A stretch of DNA of 64,000 bases from Callorhinchus milii (lineage: Eukaryota), in NCBI RefSeq assembly GCF_018977255.1, contig NW_024704743.1:19408001-19472000 (forward strand), read 5' to 3'. The translations under genes and the position numbers were made by a program. Positions 1 through 12,596 of this stretch are shown piece by piece (position 1 is the stretch's first letter; each line of letters begins with the position of its first letter). The notes beneath the pieces were generated by a model. That model was given only the letters and a program-made list of their open reading frames with translations, did not search any database and was not told where the DNA came from.

Positions 1-519
1 AACATATCAGTAATTAAGTTTATCACATACTTTGATTTAAACAAGCTAACTAAGTAATGTAAGCAGCATAAACAAGACAAATAACTTCAGCTATCTTAAC
101 AATTATAAACAACTTGCATACAAACTGCCTCTATTTTAGTGAACAGAATAATCCATCAATAATGTAATTTGAATAGAGCTGATAAAACCGATGGCCCCAT
201 GATTAGAAGATACAAGGTGCCCTGGTTATAAAGTGACTTATTACTGTTTATAGCTCAAGGTGGTCTGTGGATTTATGCTGTATCGGGAGAATGTTACACC
301 TGGTATTCAGCAGTGACTGGCCAGTTTCCCGCGCTAAACAGTGGCCATTTTCCAGGACATCAGCGGTAACCGGAAGACGGGCAGTTTGTAGCGTACCTCG
401 TTTTGCAAAGATTACAATGTACAGCAAGGAAATAGGCCACCATGCTGGTGTTTATACATGAGGCTTCACCCATAAGAAGATCCCCACTTAAACGTCTCTT
501 CTTAATGAAGAAAGGCCTA

Positions 520-1900
520 ATCTATCCAGTCTATCCTGATAGCAGCAACCAGCCCTGGTACCATCCTTGTAAACCTGGCTATTCTCTTTCCATCATTGTT
601 ATATCCTTCCTATATCAAGGTTTTGGATGGAATTCAACATCACTTCCTCACTTTTATATTCGATCCCTCTGGATACAAAGCCTAAGACCCCATTGGCCTT
701 TTTATAAACTTAATTATCTGTGTAGCTACTTTTAGAGATTTGTGGTTCTGAATCTCCAGATCTCTTTGCTCCTCTACTCCTCTTAGGTTCCTACTACCTA
801 GATTCTAAACTATAAACGGCTTCTTTATTTTTCCTGCTGAAAAGAATTACTTCACATTTTCCTACATTAAACTTCATTTGACATCTGTCTGCCCAATCTG
901 CTAGCTAATATATGTCTTCCTACATTCTTCTGCAATCTGCTTCACTGTTTACCATGTCCCCCATTTTGGTATCATCTGCAATTTTTGACACCACACGTCC
1001 TATACCTGAATCCGAATAATTTATGTATATGGTGAACAGTAGTGGTCCTAACACAGATCCCTGCAGAACACCACTTTCTATTTCTTTCCAACTTGAGAAG
1101 ATCCCCTTGACTTCTCCACTTTGCTTTCAGTTTCCTAACCATCTTTTAATCCTTTTAATCCTCCATACTGCTACCTCTCCCATGATTCCTCATGGCCCTA
1201 ATTTAATCATGAGCCTCTCATGTGGCACTTTATGAAAGGCCTTCTGGGAATCCAGATACATTAAATCCACTGCATTTTCTTCATCTACTTTATCATTTAC
1301 ATCCTCAAAGAATTCAATAAGGTTGGTCTATCATGAGCTTCCTTTCGTAAATCCATGCTGGCTGTATCATAATTGTATTCTCCTTCTCCAGATGACTAGT
1401 TACTTCATTTTTTATTACAGATTCTAATGCCTTGCTCAGAACCGACAATGAGATGGTCATGAGCATCTTAACATTGCTTTTTGATTGTGATTACAGTGAC
1501 CTCCTACCTGCCTCTCCTCCTGGCTTGTTGTCTGACTCCATTATTGTGAAGTGCTCCGGGATGCTACCCCGCGTGAAGGGTGCTATATAAATAAAAGTTG
1601 TTGTTGTAAGATGACAGGCCTTTAGTTTCTTAGATTAGCTCTATCATCTTTTTTAAAACTGAGCATTACATTGGCCATTCTCTAGTCCTCTGGCACGATT
1701 CCTTTCTCTACAGAGTTCTTAAATATATACACGAGAGTCTCAGTTATCTTCTCCCAAGTTTCCTTAAGAATCATTGGGTGCAGTCCAAGTGGGCCATGTG
1801 CTTTGTCTTCTTCAAACTTGTCTAATTTATTTAATACATCCATTCGCCCTATCTTAATCGTTGTGATTTTATACCTTTTTATACCTGCTCCTTTTGGTCT
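520..1900 (-). mobile_element. CR1-clade LINE, decayed RT fragment, interrupted by an L2 3' tail at about 1500-1608
   Basis: The minus strand near 960-1070 translates GVLQGSVLGPLLFTIYIN...SKIADDTK (CR1-type RT core); many stops and frameshifts. Confidence 0.85.
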
Positions 1901-3347
1901 TACTAAATTGTCATTAACAGTTTTAAGAATATATTATAACAGGGTCAATCCGTATTTTTTGGATGGGATGCAACTTGCCAAGGCAGATGTTAATGGATAC
2001 CCATTTTGCAACTGCAAATACTTTGGTTCAGGTCGTGCCTGGAGGAATATATAATTCTAGTCACGCCAATATAAGCAACCAGACTCTAGACATAGTGCAG
2101 AGGAGAGCAACAAGGATAATTCCCACTGTTAGAGTTATCAACTAATAGGAATGATTTGGTAAACTAGGGCTCTTTAGCTTTGAGATGTCTCACGGGAGAT
2201 TTTAAGGAGTATATAAAATGCTAATTGAAATTAGAATAGTAAACCTAGAACAATAATAATCCTTGCTTTTGATTTTATGCTTTATCAGATTGAGAATATC
2301 TCAATGCACTTTACAGAGTTTTCTGTAAAGTGTTGTGACTCTGCCTTTGTAGGCAAACACTACTATGTATGCCAAACAGCAGGAAGAGAGGGCACTGGTT
2401 CAGGAATGTGAAGGACAATTTCAGGACAGACTGGACTGTGTGAGCTGAATGTCCAAACCTACAACATTCTGACTCAGAGGCAAGAGTTCCTTTGACTGAG
2501 CCAGGCTGACACCTAATATATAATGCAATATTTCCAGTCCTACCTGGTCACACATACCATGAGATAAACACTTTCATCTGCTCCCTTCTCAGATCTCTGG
2601 CTTAACATTATGCTCAGGTCCCCGTATCCCATAAAAACGGAAAATGCAGGAAATGCACAACTGGTCGAACAACATTTGTAAGAGGAAGAGAGAGATGAAT
2701 GTTTAGATGCAGCGAACATTTGAAACCTTAACATCCTATCTTTCTCATGCTGAGCAACCTGCTGTGCTGTTCCAGCATAGATCAGATAGTTTTCTATCAT
2801 TTTTGGTGATATCCAATGTTTTGATTTTTTTTTAATCTCAGAGAGGCAATGGAGACAAAACATGTCAAAAAACCTAAGAGGAAATTAAATTATTGTGTGG
2901 TGAACAAACTGATTGAAGGGAATAAGCAATCCATTAGTTTATGATTTTCCATTTTTTTNATTGAGGGGCTGACCAGAAGGACTGTAGTGTTCTTTTGTGG
3001 TCCTATTCATTTCCATGTAGCTCTTTGATCTCCCATAAATCTGGAAAACAGTGTCTGCAGAACAGACAAGTGATATGTCCTTTATACTTTTCTCCTCTAA
3101 GTTTAAAAGGGTAAAATCTGTTGGCGCGGAGGCTTTATTGATTCAGGAGATGACATACTTTACTTGGGTCAAAGAAATGTTTTATTGTAGAACTAGATGT
3201 ACCGGTTGCAGCTATGTTTGCAACTAAAGGATCCAATATGGAATGTAGATTCACACACAGATAGACACACAGACAGAAATTTCATCTTTATGCTCTTCTC
3301 AGAGGACTTCTGCGGGAAGTCTCAGTAGGAGGCATCGGCACTTTAAA

Positions 3348-3655
3348 AATAATAATAATCCTTGAATTTGATATAGCGCTTTTTACGTCTTCTAGACGTC
3401 TCAAAGCGCTTCACAGAATATACCGTAAAGTGAATTGACTGCATTTTTGTGGCGAAACGCGGCAGCCAATTGCGCACAGTGTCCCACAAATAGTCGTGGA
3501 TTGAAGTAACCAAATTATTGTAGTTTTTTTTCTTGAGGGATTATTATCAGGCGTATGGAGTAAGGAAACTTGTTCAAGGTTTCACCCTGCCGGAAATTGA
3601 ACTCAGGTCTCTTGCTTGTGAGGCGAGTGGTCTAACCACTGAGCTAAAGGACTCC
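3348..3655 (-). mobile_element. tRNA-derived SINE, family A (short internal-deletion variant)
   Basis: Reverse-complement tRNA-like head (A/B-box like), CORE-like ...caagtttccttactcc segment, L2-like tail ending (TTA)n; similar to other copies in the window. Confidence 0.8.
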
Positions 3656-5844
3656 ATGTAATTTTGTTGTGGTTGCTGTGGCTTAGCTTCATCTGCGTTC
3701 TTTATTTTATTACGCGGGTATTCTGTGGCGCAGGATGCCACAGCGCCACGGTCAGCCAGCATGGCCATCAGGTGTAACTGCAGTGTGAGGCGGAAACACT
3801 GACTGTCCAGCATTTTGGGACGTCCTCCCGACGTGAAAGGCGCTATAGAAATGTAATTTGCTGCCGCGTCCGCCCACAAATATACCGTCAATTCACTTTA
3901 CAGTGTGTTCCGTGAAGTGCTTGGGACGTCCTCCCGACGTGAAAATGCAAGGATTATCATTATTTTGTTGTTGTTGCTCTGCGACGCACGATGCCACAGC
4001 GCCACTTTGACTTGGTGGCCACCAGGTGTAACTGCAGCAAAAAACACAAAACTGAAAATAACTCATGCACGAGATACCTGACAACAAATATGCCCAAGTC
4101 ACTCCGAGTTGCAAGATCTTTCCGCTGAGGTATAAATAATGTCTCTACTTCAATTGGTTATTGTGATCCTTCTTGAAATGCAGACAGACATTGTCATTTT
4201 ATTAATATAGATTGAAGATACACAAGCTTAGATTCCTTTTAGGCCTAGGGGAGTGACCAGTTACTACGCAGTTTCCGGGCTGAGATTTTCAAGATGAAAA
4301 CCTATTGTTTTCTCTATTGGTTATTTAGTACCTTCTTAGCTTGGGTGTAGGGGGCTGGGGTGGAGGGTGGGGGAGGGTGCCTCGGGGAGAAGTTGAGGAG
4401 AGTGCTGGTAAAAAATTACCAAAAGCGTAGGTTGAAAAGGTCTTAAAAATGGGTTTTAAAGGTGGAGAGAGAGAGGGGTGAGGCGGAGGATATTTAGGAT
4501 GGAGTTCCAAAGAGTGAAGACAGGATGGTTGATGATGTGGTAAGGGACATGAAACAGGCAGTTGTACTGCTGTGGCAGAGGTTATAGGTACATCTAATAT
4601 ATAGGATCAATGATCACTACTTGCTCTCCGTAGAGCTGAACTTGCTCTCAGGTGACATGTTTCACAATGGAATGTCGGAATTAAGCCAACACTCTGTGCC
4701 GGACTCAGTAGTCCAGTTCCTGAGCCAGGCTGGTCCGTAGTATTCCAGGGCATTGCTGATGATAGCACATCCAGCCTGTCTCATTGGCAAGACTTGGAAG
4801 GGCAGACCAGTCACTTGGGCAAGAATTATTTCCTAATGGGTAGGGTGGTCCTAGATGAAGACGCAACAGGAAAGCTTGCCATATAGTGTTGTCAATAGCA
4901 CACAGTGTGGTTTAAGCTCGATAGTCTCCAGCAATATCTCACATTCTGGGGTCCCCAAGCCTGGGCTCTCGCCAACCTATGCCTAATAGTCTCTAGATTT
5001 AGGTAAGCAGGATGAATCCCTCCAGGCAGAGAGTGCACATTCCATTCCAACAATCTACCTCTGGAATTTCTATATGGGGATTTCCTTTGGCCAGGACACT
5101 AGGAGTTTCCCTTTTCAAATAGTCCCAATGGGCTGCTTAATATCCACCTGAACAGATGGATGGGACCTCAGCTTAAAGTTTTATTCGAAAGACAGATAGA
5201 TCCATGTTCCAGACCAAAAGCAATCAGTCAAATCAGTTACATTGAATCTGTTACGAATCACTGGAATTTTTACCCGCAGGTTATAATTCTTCTAAATTCT
5301 ATGCATGATTATACGGTGATGAACAAGACAAGGAGAAATTACATCTGGATGGTTTCCATTAATGCGGAAGTCTATTTGCCAACATCTACCTTTGCCGATG
5401 AAAAGGATGATTATTCTTTTCAGTACATCGCCTTGTTCTCAAAGCGAGTTTCTGATGAATATTCTTTTAGGAGTTTGCTAAAATCCTTTCACTGCTGAGG
5501 TCAACATGAAATCAATTTATAACGTCTGCCGCAACAGATAAACAGCACTTCTATGCTCCTTACAATTTCATGCTCCTTCAAAAAAATAATAATAATTTGG
5601 TCACTCAATCTATGACTGTTTTGTGGGACACTGTTGTGCGCAATTGGCTGACATATTTCGCCAATAAAATATACAGTCACTCCACTTTACAATATATTTT
5701 GTAAAGCACTTTGAGATGTCTCAAAGATGTAATAAGGCACTATATCAAATGCAAGGATTATTATTATTTGGTAATTTAACTCCCAGCTTTTTGATGTTGT
5801 AAATTTTCAATGCAGACCTGTAATGGGATTTGTTTTTTTCGAAG

Positions 5845-6002
5845 GGGCCAGAGGAATGTTTGCGTATGTGAATTCTTTAGCCCAGCGTGAAGGGGACATT
5901 GCAAGAATAACCACCACTCATCACTTCCCAGCAAGTCTGGGAGTCTGCCACCTGCGCTTCTGGATCTATATGTATGGTTCAAGAGAAATGGGAACTTTGA
6001 AG
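5845..6002 (+). CDS. MALRD1: MALRD1 internal exon: last MAM domain, part 1 (GARGMFAYVNS...CHLRFWIYMYGSREMGTLK)
   Basis: Acceptor tttttttcgaag|, donor |gtaggt; 158 nt, phase 1 to 0. MAM motifs (YVNS, ARITT, C-x-LRFW-x-YM) match my recollection of the vertebrate MALRD1 C-terminal MAM domain. Upstream exons lie outside the window. Confidence 0.9.
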
Positions 6003-6081
6003 GTAGGTGGGGAAAACGTTGCTACGCAGAAGGCAACTCTTAATTTAACAACTTGCATTGATAATAACACCATTTTGTCTG

Positions 6082-6932
6082 TCACACATCAAGTCCTGGA
6101 TGAAAGCAACCTTTCTCCAGTTGAACTTTGACAAGACGGAAGCCCTCCTGATCAACTCCCATCAGCTAGTCCTCACCTAAGAGCGTCGCAGCATCGCCAT
6201 TCAGACAAAATGGTGTTATTATCATTCTCCACCTCACAGATCCAGTATGAAACCTTGGTGTCCTTTAGATGCTCAACTACCCTTTAAAACCCATCTGTGC
6301 CATGACCTGTCCACCTTCCCACACCTCCGAAACATTGTTCACCTCTGTCAATGCCTCTACCCTCAGGCTGCCGAGATCCTCATTCACCCTTTCATCAGGT
6401 CCAGGCTTGACTACGCTAATTCCTTGATCGATGGACTTCCTAACTCTTCCCTCCACAAGCAGCAGATTATTCAGAACTCTGCAGCTTGTGGCTCTTCCAT
6501 ACTAAACTCCGTGAACCGATCACTCCCATGCTCGCCCAGCTCCATTCGTTCCCCATTCCTGAGAGAATTGAGTTTAAAATCTTAGTCCTCACTTTTAAAG
6601 CCCTCCATGGTCTTTTTCCTCCCTACCTCTGCAACCTATTAACACCATATTAAACTGTCCCCACTCTCCCCTTGGTGAGCACCGGCCTGCTCCATGTCCC
6701 CTGCCTTTCCCGCCACACCATTGGTGGTTGGGCCTTCATCTTTTCTAGCCCCACCCTCTGAAACTCCATTGCAGGATCCCTCCGCCTCACCGCCTCCCTT
6801 GCCACCTTCGAGGCCCATCACAAGACCTTTCTCTTTGATTGTGCCATCGGCACTTCCCAACCCTCCACTCCACTCCTCCAAATCCTTAACTGTCAGATGT
6901 GAAAAGCACTATGTCAATGTAATATTGTTGTT
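6082..6932 (+). mobile_element. L2-clade LINE, 5'-truncated 3' fragment
   Basis: Peptides [22 protein letters not shown] and QIIQNSAA (L2 ORF2 C-terminal half); ends in a (TTG)-rich tail. Confidence 0.85.
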
Positions 6933-7454
6933 CTCATTGTTTCACAATGGACCCCTCACCAAGGTCATGTATTGGCTCAGTAAACTATCTAACAGGCAGC
7001 CTGAGAGAATGATAGGGACAGAGCCCGATGCAAGAAGGCTGGCAAGCGCCAAAGCAATATGGCTTCAGTTGCACTGACATTCAGCTGAAGAAAGTTTAAT
7101 ATCCATTCAGGTTTGATGTTTCAGCAATATTCCTGAAATTGAGTGAATAATACAAAATCAGAGTCTGGTGGCTTAGTTAATAAGTCCCATGTATGGTATA
7201 GAACTGAGCCATACAGTTGAAGAAAACCCAAGATTTGTTCCTCATTATATGCTGAGATAGCTGATCTTAGCCAGTGTAGCAATGTTGTCTCAAAGAGAGA
7301 ATTTACAACCAAAGTTAATACACAGGAGGGACCCATATTTTACTATTTCTTAGCACTGCATTGACACTAGGTTTGGGTGAACAATCATGCACAGCTTTAG
7401 TAATTGATATCCCTAGTCAAGGAAGTAGGACATTTTGAGAAATGATTCAAATGG

Positions 7455-7900
7455 CTGTGTGTCAGCCTGGCACAGTGGTAGTTCCCTCACCTCAGAACTC
7501 AAAAGATTGTGTGTTCAAGCCCTACACCGGATCTTGGAAACACATAGCCAAGCCTGATGCTCCAGTAGAGTACTCGGGGTGTGTTGCATTGTTGGAGGTG
7601 TCAACCTTCAGATGAAATGTTAAGGACCTGTCTGCCTGTTCAGGTGGACGTTAAAGATCCAATTGCACCATTCGAAAAGAGAGGGAGTTTCTCCCAGTGC
7701 CCTGGCCAATAAATCCCCTAAATAAAATTGGTCACTCATCCCATGGCTGTTTGTGGGAAATTGCTATAAGCAAATTGGCTGCCAAATGCACCCACAAAAT
7801 ACACAGTAATCCACTTTACAATATATCCTGGGAAGTGTTTTGAGATGTCTCAATAACATGATAAAGTGCTCTATCAAATGCAAGGATTATTACTATTATA
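7455..7900 (+). mobile_element. tRNA-derived Deu-domain-like SINE (SacSINE1/AmnSINE1-type), family B, near full length
   Basis: Head gtcagcctggcacagtggtag...gttcaagccc; central ctgcctgttcaggtggacgttaaagatcc...cctggccaa resembles the Deu domain; L2-like tail. Confidence 0.75.
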
Positions 7901-8410
7901 AAAAGTAGCACAATATTAAATATTAATTTATATTTTTTCAACGATTGACTTACCCAGTGTACAGCAGTTCTATTACATTCTGTTCATTCCCCTTGTTCAT
8001 ACTTATTGATGTGACACCCAACAAGCGAATTTGACTAAATCGTTTATGGTTGTTTGAATTCATAATTCCTGGGGTAATTAATCCATGTATTTTGTGATGG
8101 GCAGCTCATTTTGCTACTTCAGAAAAATCTATCTCTCGGACAAGTAACTCAAGAGGAAGAAAAATGATATTTAAACCTGTCACTCGGGAAAGAAAAGTGA
8201 TCTACTCCCTTACCTCTCTGGTTTCAAAACCACCTAAAAACTGTTGGTTTTGACTTTACCTTTGGCCATTTCCTGCGTAACCCCCCACCCCACCCCCCCG
8301 TTCAAACCTCCCACCACCCCACCACCCCACCACATCTTCCACCTTGCTCAGGCTCCAACTACGTCTTTGTAAAACACCTTGAGACGTTTTCCTACACGAA
8401 AGATGCAGTA

Positions 8411-8645
8411 CAGTCAGACCCCACTAGAACAAAGTTAGTTTGGGTGCAAACATTTTAATCAGAGTGTGGAGAGAGATCTATAAAAATGGTTGCCAGTCAG
8501 TGCTTCTGGGCTGTCAGGACACCAATGATCTAATTTCCTGCACATTGCACATATGCATGGTACACAGATAGCTGTGTGTGGTATTGTGAGTTCATGGCAC
8601 ACCCATACTATGAGCAGATCCCTACATTATAACAAAGTCCGACTG
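8411..8645. mobile_element. Tc1/mariner-pogo type MITE remnant
   Basis: TA|CAGTCAGAC ... GTCCGACTG|TA: imperfect TIRs starting CAGT, flanked by TA dinucleotides. Confidence 0.55.
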
Positions 8646-8703
8646 TATCAATGTAAGTTGTTGTTTGCTCGGCAATGTTTTAGTAATTCTTTCTGTCTTG
8701 CAG

Positions 8704-8902
8704 GTGTACACTGTTGGAGAGAATGGAATGCATTTGCTGATGTGGGCAGTGACTGGCAATGAGAATCGCTGGAAATATGTCAACGTGATTTTGTCCAACA
8801 ACAATCCATTTCAAGTTGCATTCGAAGCTGAAGTGGGTGGAGACAATCTCACAGACATTGCAATTGATGACATCTCCTTCAGCCTGGAATGTGTCTCTGG
8901 AG
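8704..8902 (+). CDS. MALRD1: MALRD1 exon: last MAM domain, part 2 (VYTVGENG...IAIDDISFSLECVSG)
   Basis: Acceptor ttctgtcttgcag|, donor |gtaacg; 199 nt, phase 0 to 1. Contains the MAM C-terminal signature FEA...IAIDDISF..C. Confidence 0.93.
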
Positions 8903-9699
8903 GTAACGCAGCATATTCATAAAGATAATACTTGCATTTGGTATAGCACCTTTCACATCAGGAAGTCGTCTCAAAGAGTTTCACATAATTACTGTACAGT
9001 GCAGTGACTGTGTAAATTATTGACAAACATGCAAGTTATCTCTTTGGTGTAAGTGCAACTTAATGAAGATCAATAGCCGCACAGCAAGGCTACTACTACA
9101 AACCAAAGTCCTGTCACCATTTTATATCTTCCATTAGACAGGAAATAATTGAGGCTTAACCCCAGATTAGAATCCAGTTATAAACAAAATCTTGACATAC
9201 AACTCAATAATGAACATTCTTCCCAACAGCTATATCAATATTTCAGGCTTACAATGCCAACATAAACAGAATAAAACACATTTTCCTTATTTTACTTTTA
9301 ATTTTGACTTAATTTTTCCTTCAAATCACAATGATTAAGAGTATCTAAACCAGACTGAGGGTTCTACATATGTAAGACAACTATGCATGGAAATTTCTCT
9401 GCATTTGAAATGGAATGCACACTCTCTCTTGGAGGGACATTCTAAAATTCTGTGCAATTTTAAATTTCAATATATGTTGAATTTATGCACTCTGATATTC
9501 ACGTGTTCACAACCACACATTTTCAGTAGGGAGGGGTTCATAGAATTGCTAAGAGGAGTGGAAACCCACATCAATTGTTTTGCTCTTTCCAAACTGAAGA
9601 TGTGTTACTGAGCCTATCATATCTGTTCCTATGCTGCCAAAATTTGCACAATAACAGGAGCACAGCTGTGCTTGCCATTACTTTATTTTTGTGAGAATT

Positions 9700-10350
9700 A
9701 ATAATAATACTCTTTGCATTTGATATAGCACCTTATTACATAATTGAAATGTCTCAAAGTGCTTCATAGGATTTTACTGTGAGCAGCAGCAACAGATTGC
9801 ATTTATAGAGCACCTTCACATCAGGAGAACATCCCAAGGCACTGTGAAGTGTAGTGACTGTGTATCTGTAGGTGAAATAAATCAATCCACGACTGTTTGT
9901 AGAACACACAATATTCACTTTACAGTGTATTCTGTAAATATATATGATAATAATAATCCTTGCCTTTGATATAGCTCGTTTTCACGTCTTTGAGACGTCT
10001 CAAAGTGCTTCACAGAATATACTGTAAAGTGAAGTGCTTTGAGTTGTCTCGAAGATGTGATAAGGCGCTATATCAAATACAAGGATTATTATTATGAGTG
10101 CAGCAACCAATGTGTGCATAGTGTATCCTGTAAACAGCCATGAAGTGAATGACCAAATTTATCTGGGCAATTCTTGGCCAGGACACCAGGAGAAACTCCC
10201 TTCTCTTTTTGAATCGTACTATGGGATCTTTAACAACTACCTGACAGGCAGATTGGACCACATCTTCGTGTCTCAGCCGACTGACAGCACCTCCAACAAT
10301 ACAGCGCGCACCCATTCCTGCACTAAACGTGCCAGCCTTTGCCTTAGCTA
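9700..10350 (-). mobile_element. Cluster of nested SINE tails and a family B SINE body
   Basis: Several copies of the gcatttgatatagc...ctcaaagtgcttcacag tail in both orientations, plus reverse Deu-like core tggccaggacacc...gggatctttaac. Confidence 0.7.
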
Positions 10351-10434
10351 GTTATTAATAATGCTTCCCTCCACAAGCAGAGTGCACAATATTTGCAATT
10401 CTACTACCAACAAAGCTAAATAAGAAACCCAGAT

Positions 10435-11110
10435 TGTCTGTCTGACATCAAGTCCTGGATGAGAGCCAACTTTCTACATCTGAATATCAGCAAGACTGAG
10501 GCCTTCTTGATTGGCTCGTGTCAGCGCCTCCGCACCTCAGGCACTGGCAGCATCAGCATTCATGGTTGCACACTCCACCTCACCGAGCCAGTCAGGAACC
10601 TGAGAGTCTTGTTCTACCCTCAACTGTCCTTTCTCTCCCACATTGGTGCCATTCCGGCTCTGCTTTTCCCCACCTTTGCAACATCGCCCAAATCTGTCAC
10701 TGCCTTAACCCTCAGGCCACCGAAACCCTCATACACCCATTCGTCACCTCAAGGCTCAACCTCGGAAACTCCCTCCTTGTCGGCCTCCCCAACTCTTCCC
10801 CCCATAAGCTGCAGGTCATCTAGAACTCCATAGCTACCATCGGCAGCCGGGCTTTCAGCCTCTCTGCCCTCATTCTTTGGAACTCCATCCCACAATCCCT
10901 TCGTCTTTCTCCCTCCCTTGCTCCTTCAAGGCACGACTCAAAACTCTCCATTTTGACCGTGCCTTTGGGCGCCCTCCTACCCCCTCTGCCCTCCCTCATC
11001 TCAACCCTGCCCCCCCAATCTCGGATCCTGATCCCGGACTGTTCAGAGCCTTGGGACGTCTCGACATGAAAGGCGCTTTGCAAGTGTAATTTTGTTGTTG
11101 TTGTGGTGGT
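10435..11110 (+). mobile_element. L2 LINE 3' fragment with internal deletion
   Basis: MRANFLHLNISKTEA..., [15 protein letters not shown]; 3' stem-loop gccttgggacg...gaaaggcgc and (TTG)n tail. Confidence 0.85.
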
Positions 11111-11519
11111 GGTAGTCCCTTGAAGTGGACATGCCTCTTCACCTGGCTTCTCAGTAAAACAAAAATCTCAAATAACTTAACATTCTGTGACTAGTGGTTT
11201 CATTCAGTGAGACAGTCAACAACAACTTACATTTGTAAAGTGCCTTTTATGTCAGGAGGACATCCCAAGGCACTAGACAGTCAGGGATTTGAACCCGAGC
11301 AGGGGGTTGGGATCAGGAGGAGTGGAGGGCAGGAAGGGTAGGGTAGGAGGGTGTCCAAAGGTGAATTATGGACCTTCTGAACTTGAGTGTGTCCTCTATA
11401 TGGAAGAGTTTGTGACCATGTTAAACATAGTATTAGGCTTTGGTATATATCTACTCTGTAAGTGTTTTAATAATTCAATAAGATCTTTCGCAATTCTCAA
11501 ATGTAAATATTCACAGCTT

Positions 11520-12050
11520 TTGTAGCTATTCTTACTCAGGTGCTTAATTCCAGCTCTCAATCTACTTGACCTTTGCTCTAATATCAGGATGTCCCTAATG
11601 TGATACAGCAACCAGAACTGTACACAGTACAGTACTCCAGATAGGCCAGATTACTGTTCTCTATGAGTTCAAAGCCTTCCAATGACCTATTCCTTTAGCT
11701 TGAGATCCAAGATCTTATTTGCTATCTTCATGGATGCCACACATTACTATCCTGATAGCTTCAATGATCTATCTACCCCCTAATCCCTCCCCTGTGCCAT
11801 GTCCTATAAACTAATGGTATTTATTTTACGTTATTGCTGTTTATTCTCCCTCCTCAATCTCATCACTCTGTATTTGTCCACATCCATTGACATTTGCCAT
11901 CTTGCTGGCCCAACTTTAATCTACCCAGATCACCCTGTATTTGTCCAGCTTTATTTTGCTATTTGCACTTCGGGATCATCAGCGCAGTTCGATGGATTTG
12001 ATTCTGTTTCCATTTTCAAATGATTTAGGAACCGTTTGAATAGAATTAGC
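11520..12050 (-). mobile_element. CR1 LINE decayed fragment
   Basis: Reverse strand resembles the CR1 ORF2 C-terminal region (ccagaactgtacacagtac...ctccag = LEYCVQFW motif). Confidence 0.65.
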
Positions 12051-12177
12051 CACTGTCAACTTTCTCCATGTGATGGAGCTCAGTCTACAAATGCCCTTTG
12101 ATTCCAGTGATCCAACACAATGTCGATTTATATGAGTTCAATGCCTTCCAATGACCTATATGGAAGGCTTGTATTAC

Positions 12178-12596
12178 AGGAGTGCTGTAGCTCAGTGGTT
12201 AGAACACTTGCCCTGCAAACGAAAGACCTGAGTTTGATTCCTGGCAGGGTGAAACCATGGGAAAATTTCCTTACTCCACACGCCTGATAATAATCCTTCA
12301 AGAAAAAAATAATTGGCTGACACGTATATTTTGTGGGCAAACATGGCAGCCAATCGCACACAGCAGTGTCCCACAAACAGTCATGGATTGAGTGACCAAA
12401 TTATTATTATTTTTCATTTTTTTAAGGGATTATTACCACGGGAAAAGTGAATAATAACCAGGTTCCTACTTACTGCTCGGTAAATAGAGGCGTGTGGAGA
12501 AAGGAAATTTGCCTAACGTTTCGCCCTGCTCGGGAATCGAACGCAGGTCCTCTTGCTTACAAGGCAAGTGCTCTAACCAATACACTACAGGACTCC
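12178..12596. mobile_element. Two family A SINEs in opposite orientation (+ head about 12178-12305; - copy about 12310-12596)
   Basis: gtagctcagtggttaga...gtttgattcctggcaggg on +; ccctgctcgggaatcgaac...tctaacca...tacaggactcc is the reverse-complement head. Confidence 0.8.

Noticed and set aside
4600..4860. Possible LF-SINE-like ancient repeat
   Set aside because: Only short similarity from memory (gtccagttcct); cannot be supported without an alignment.
8280..8335. C-rich tracts as G-quadruplex elements (also 63727-63750)
   Set aside because: Simple low-complexity runs with no other evidence of function.
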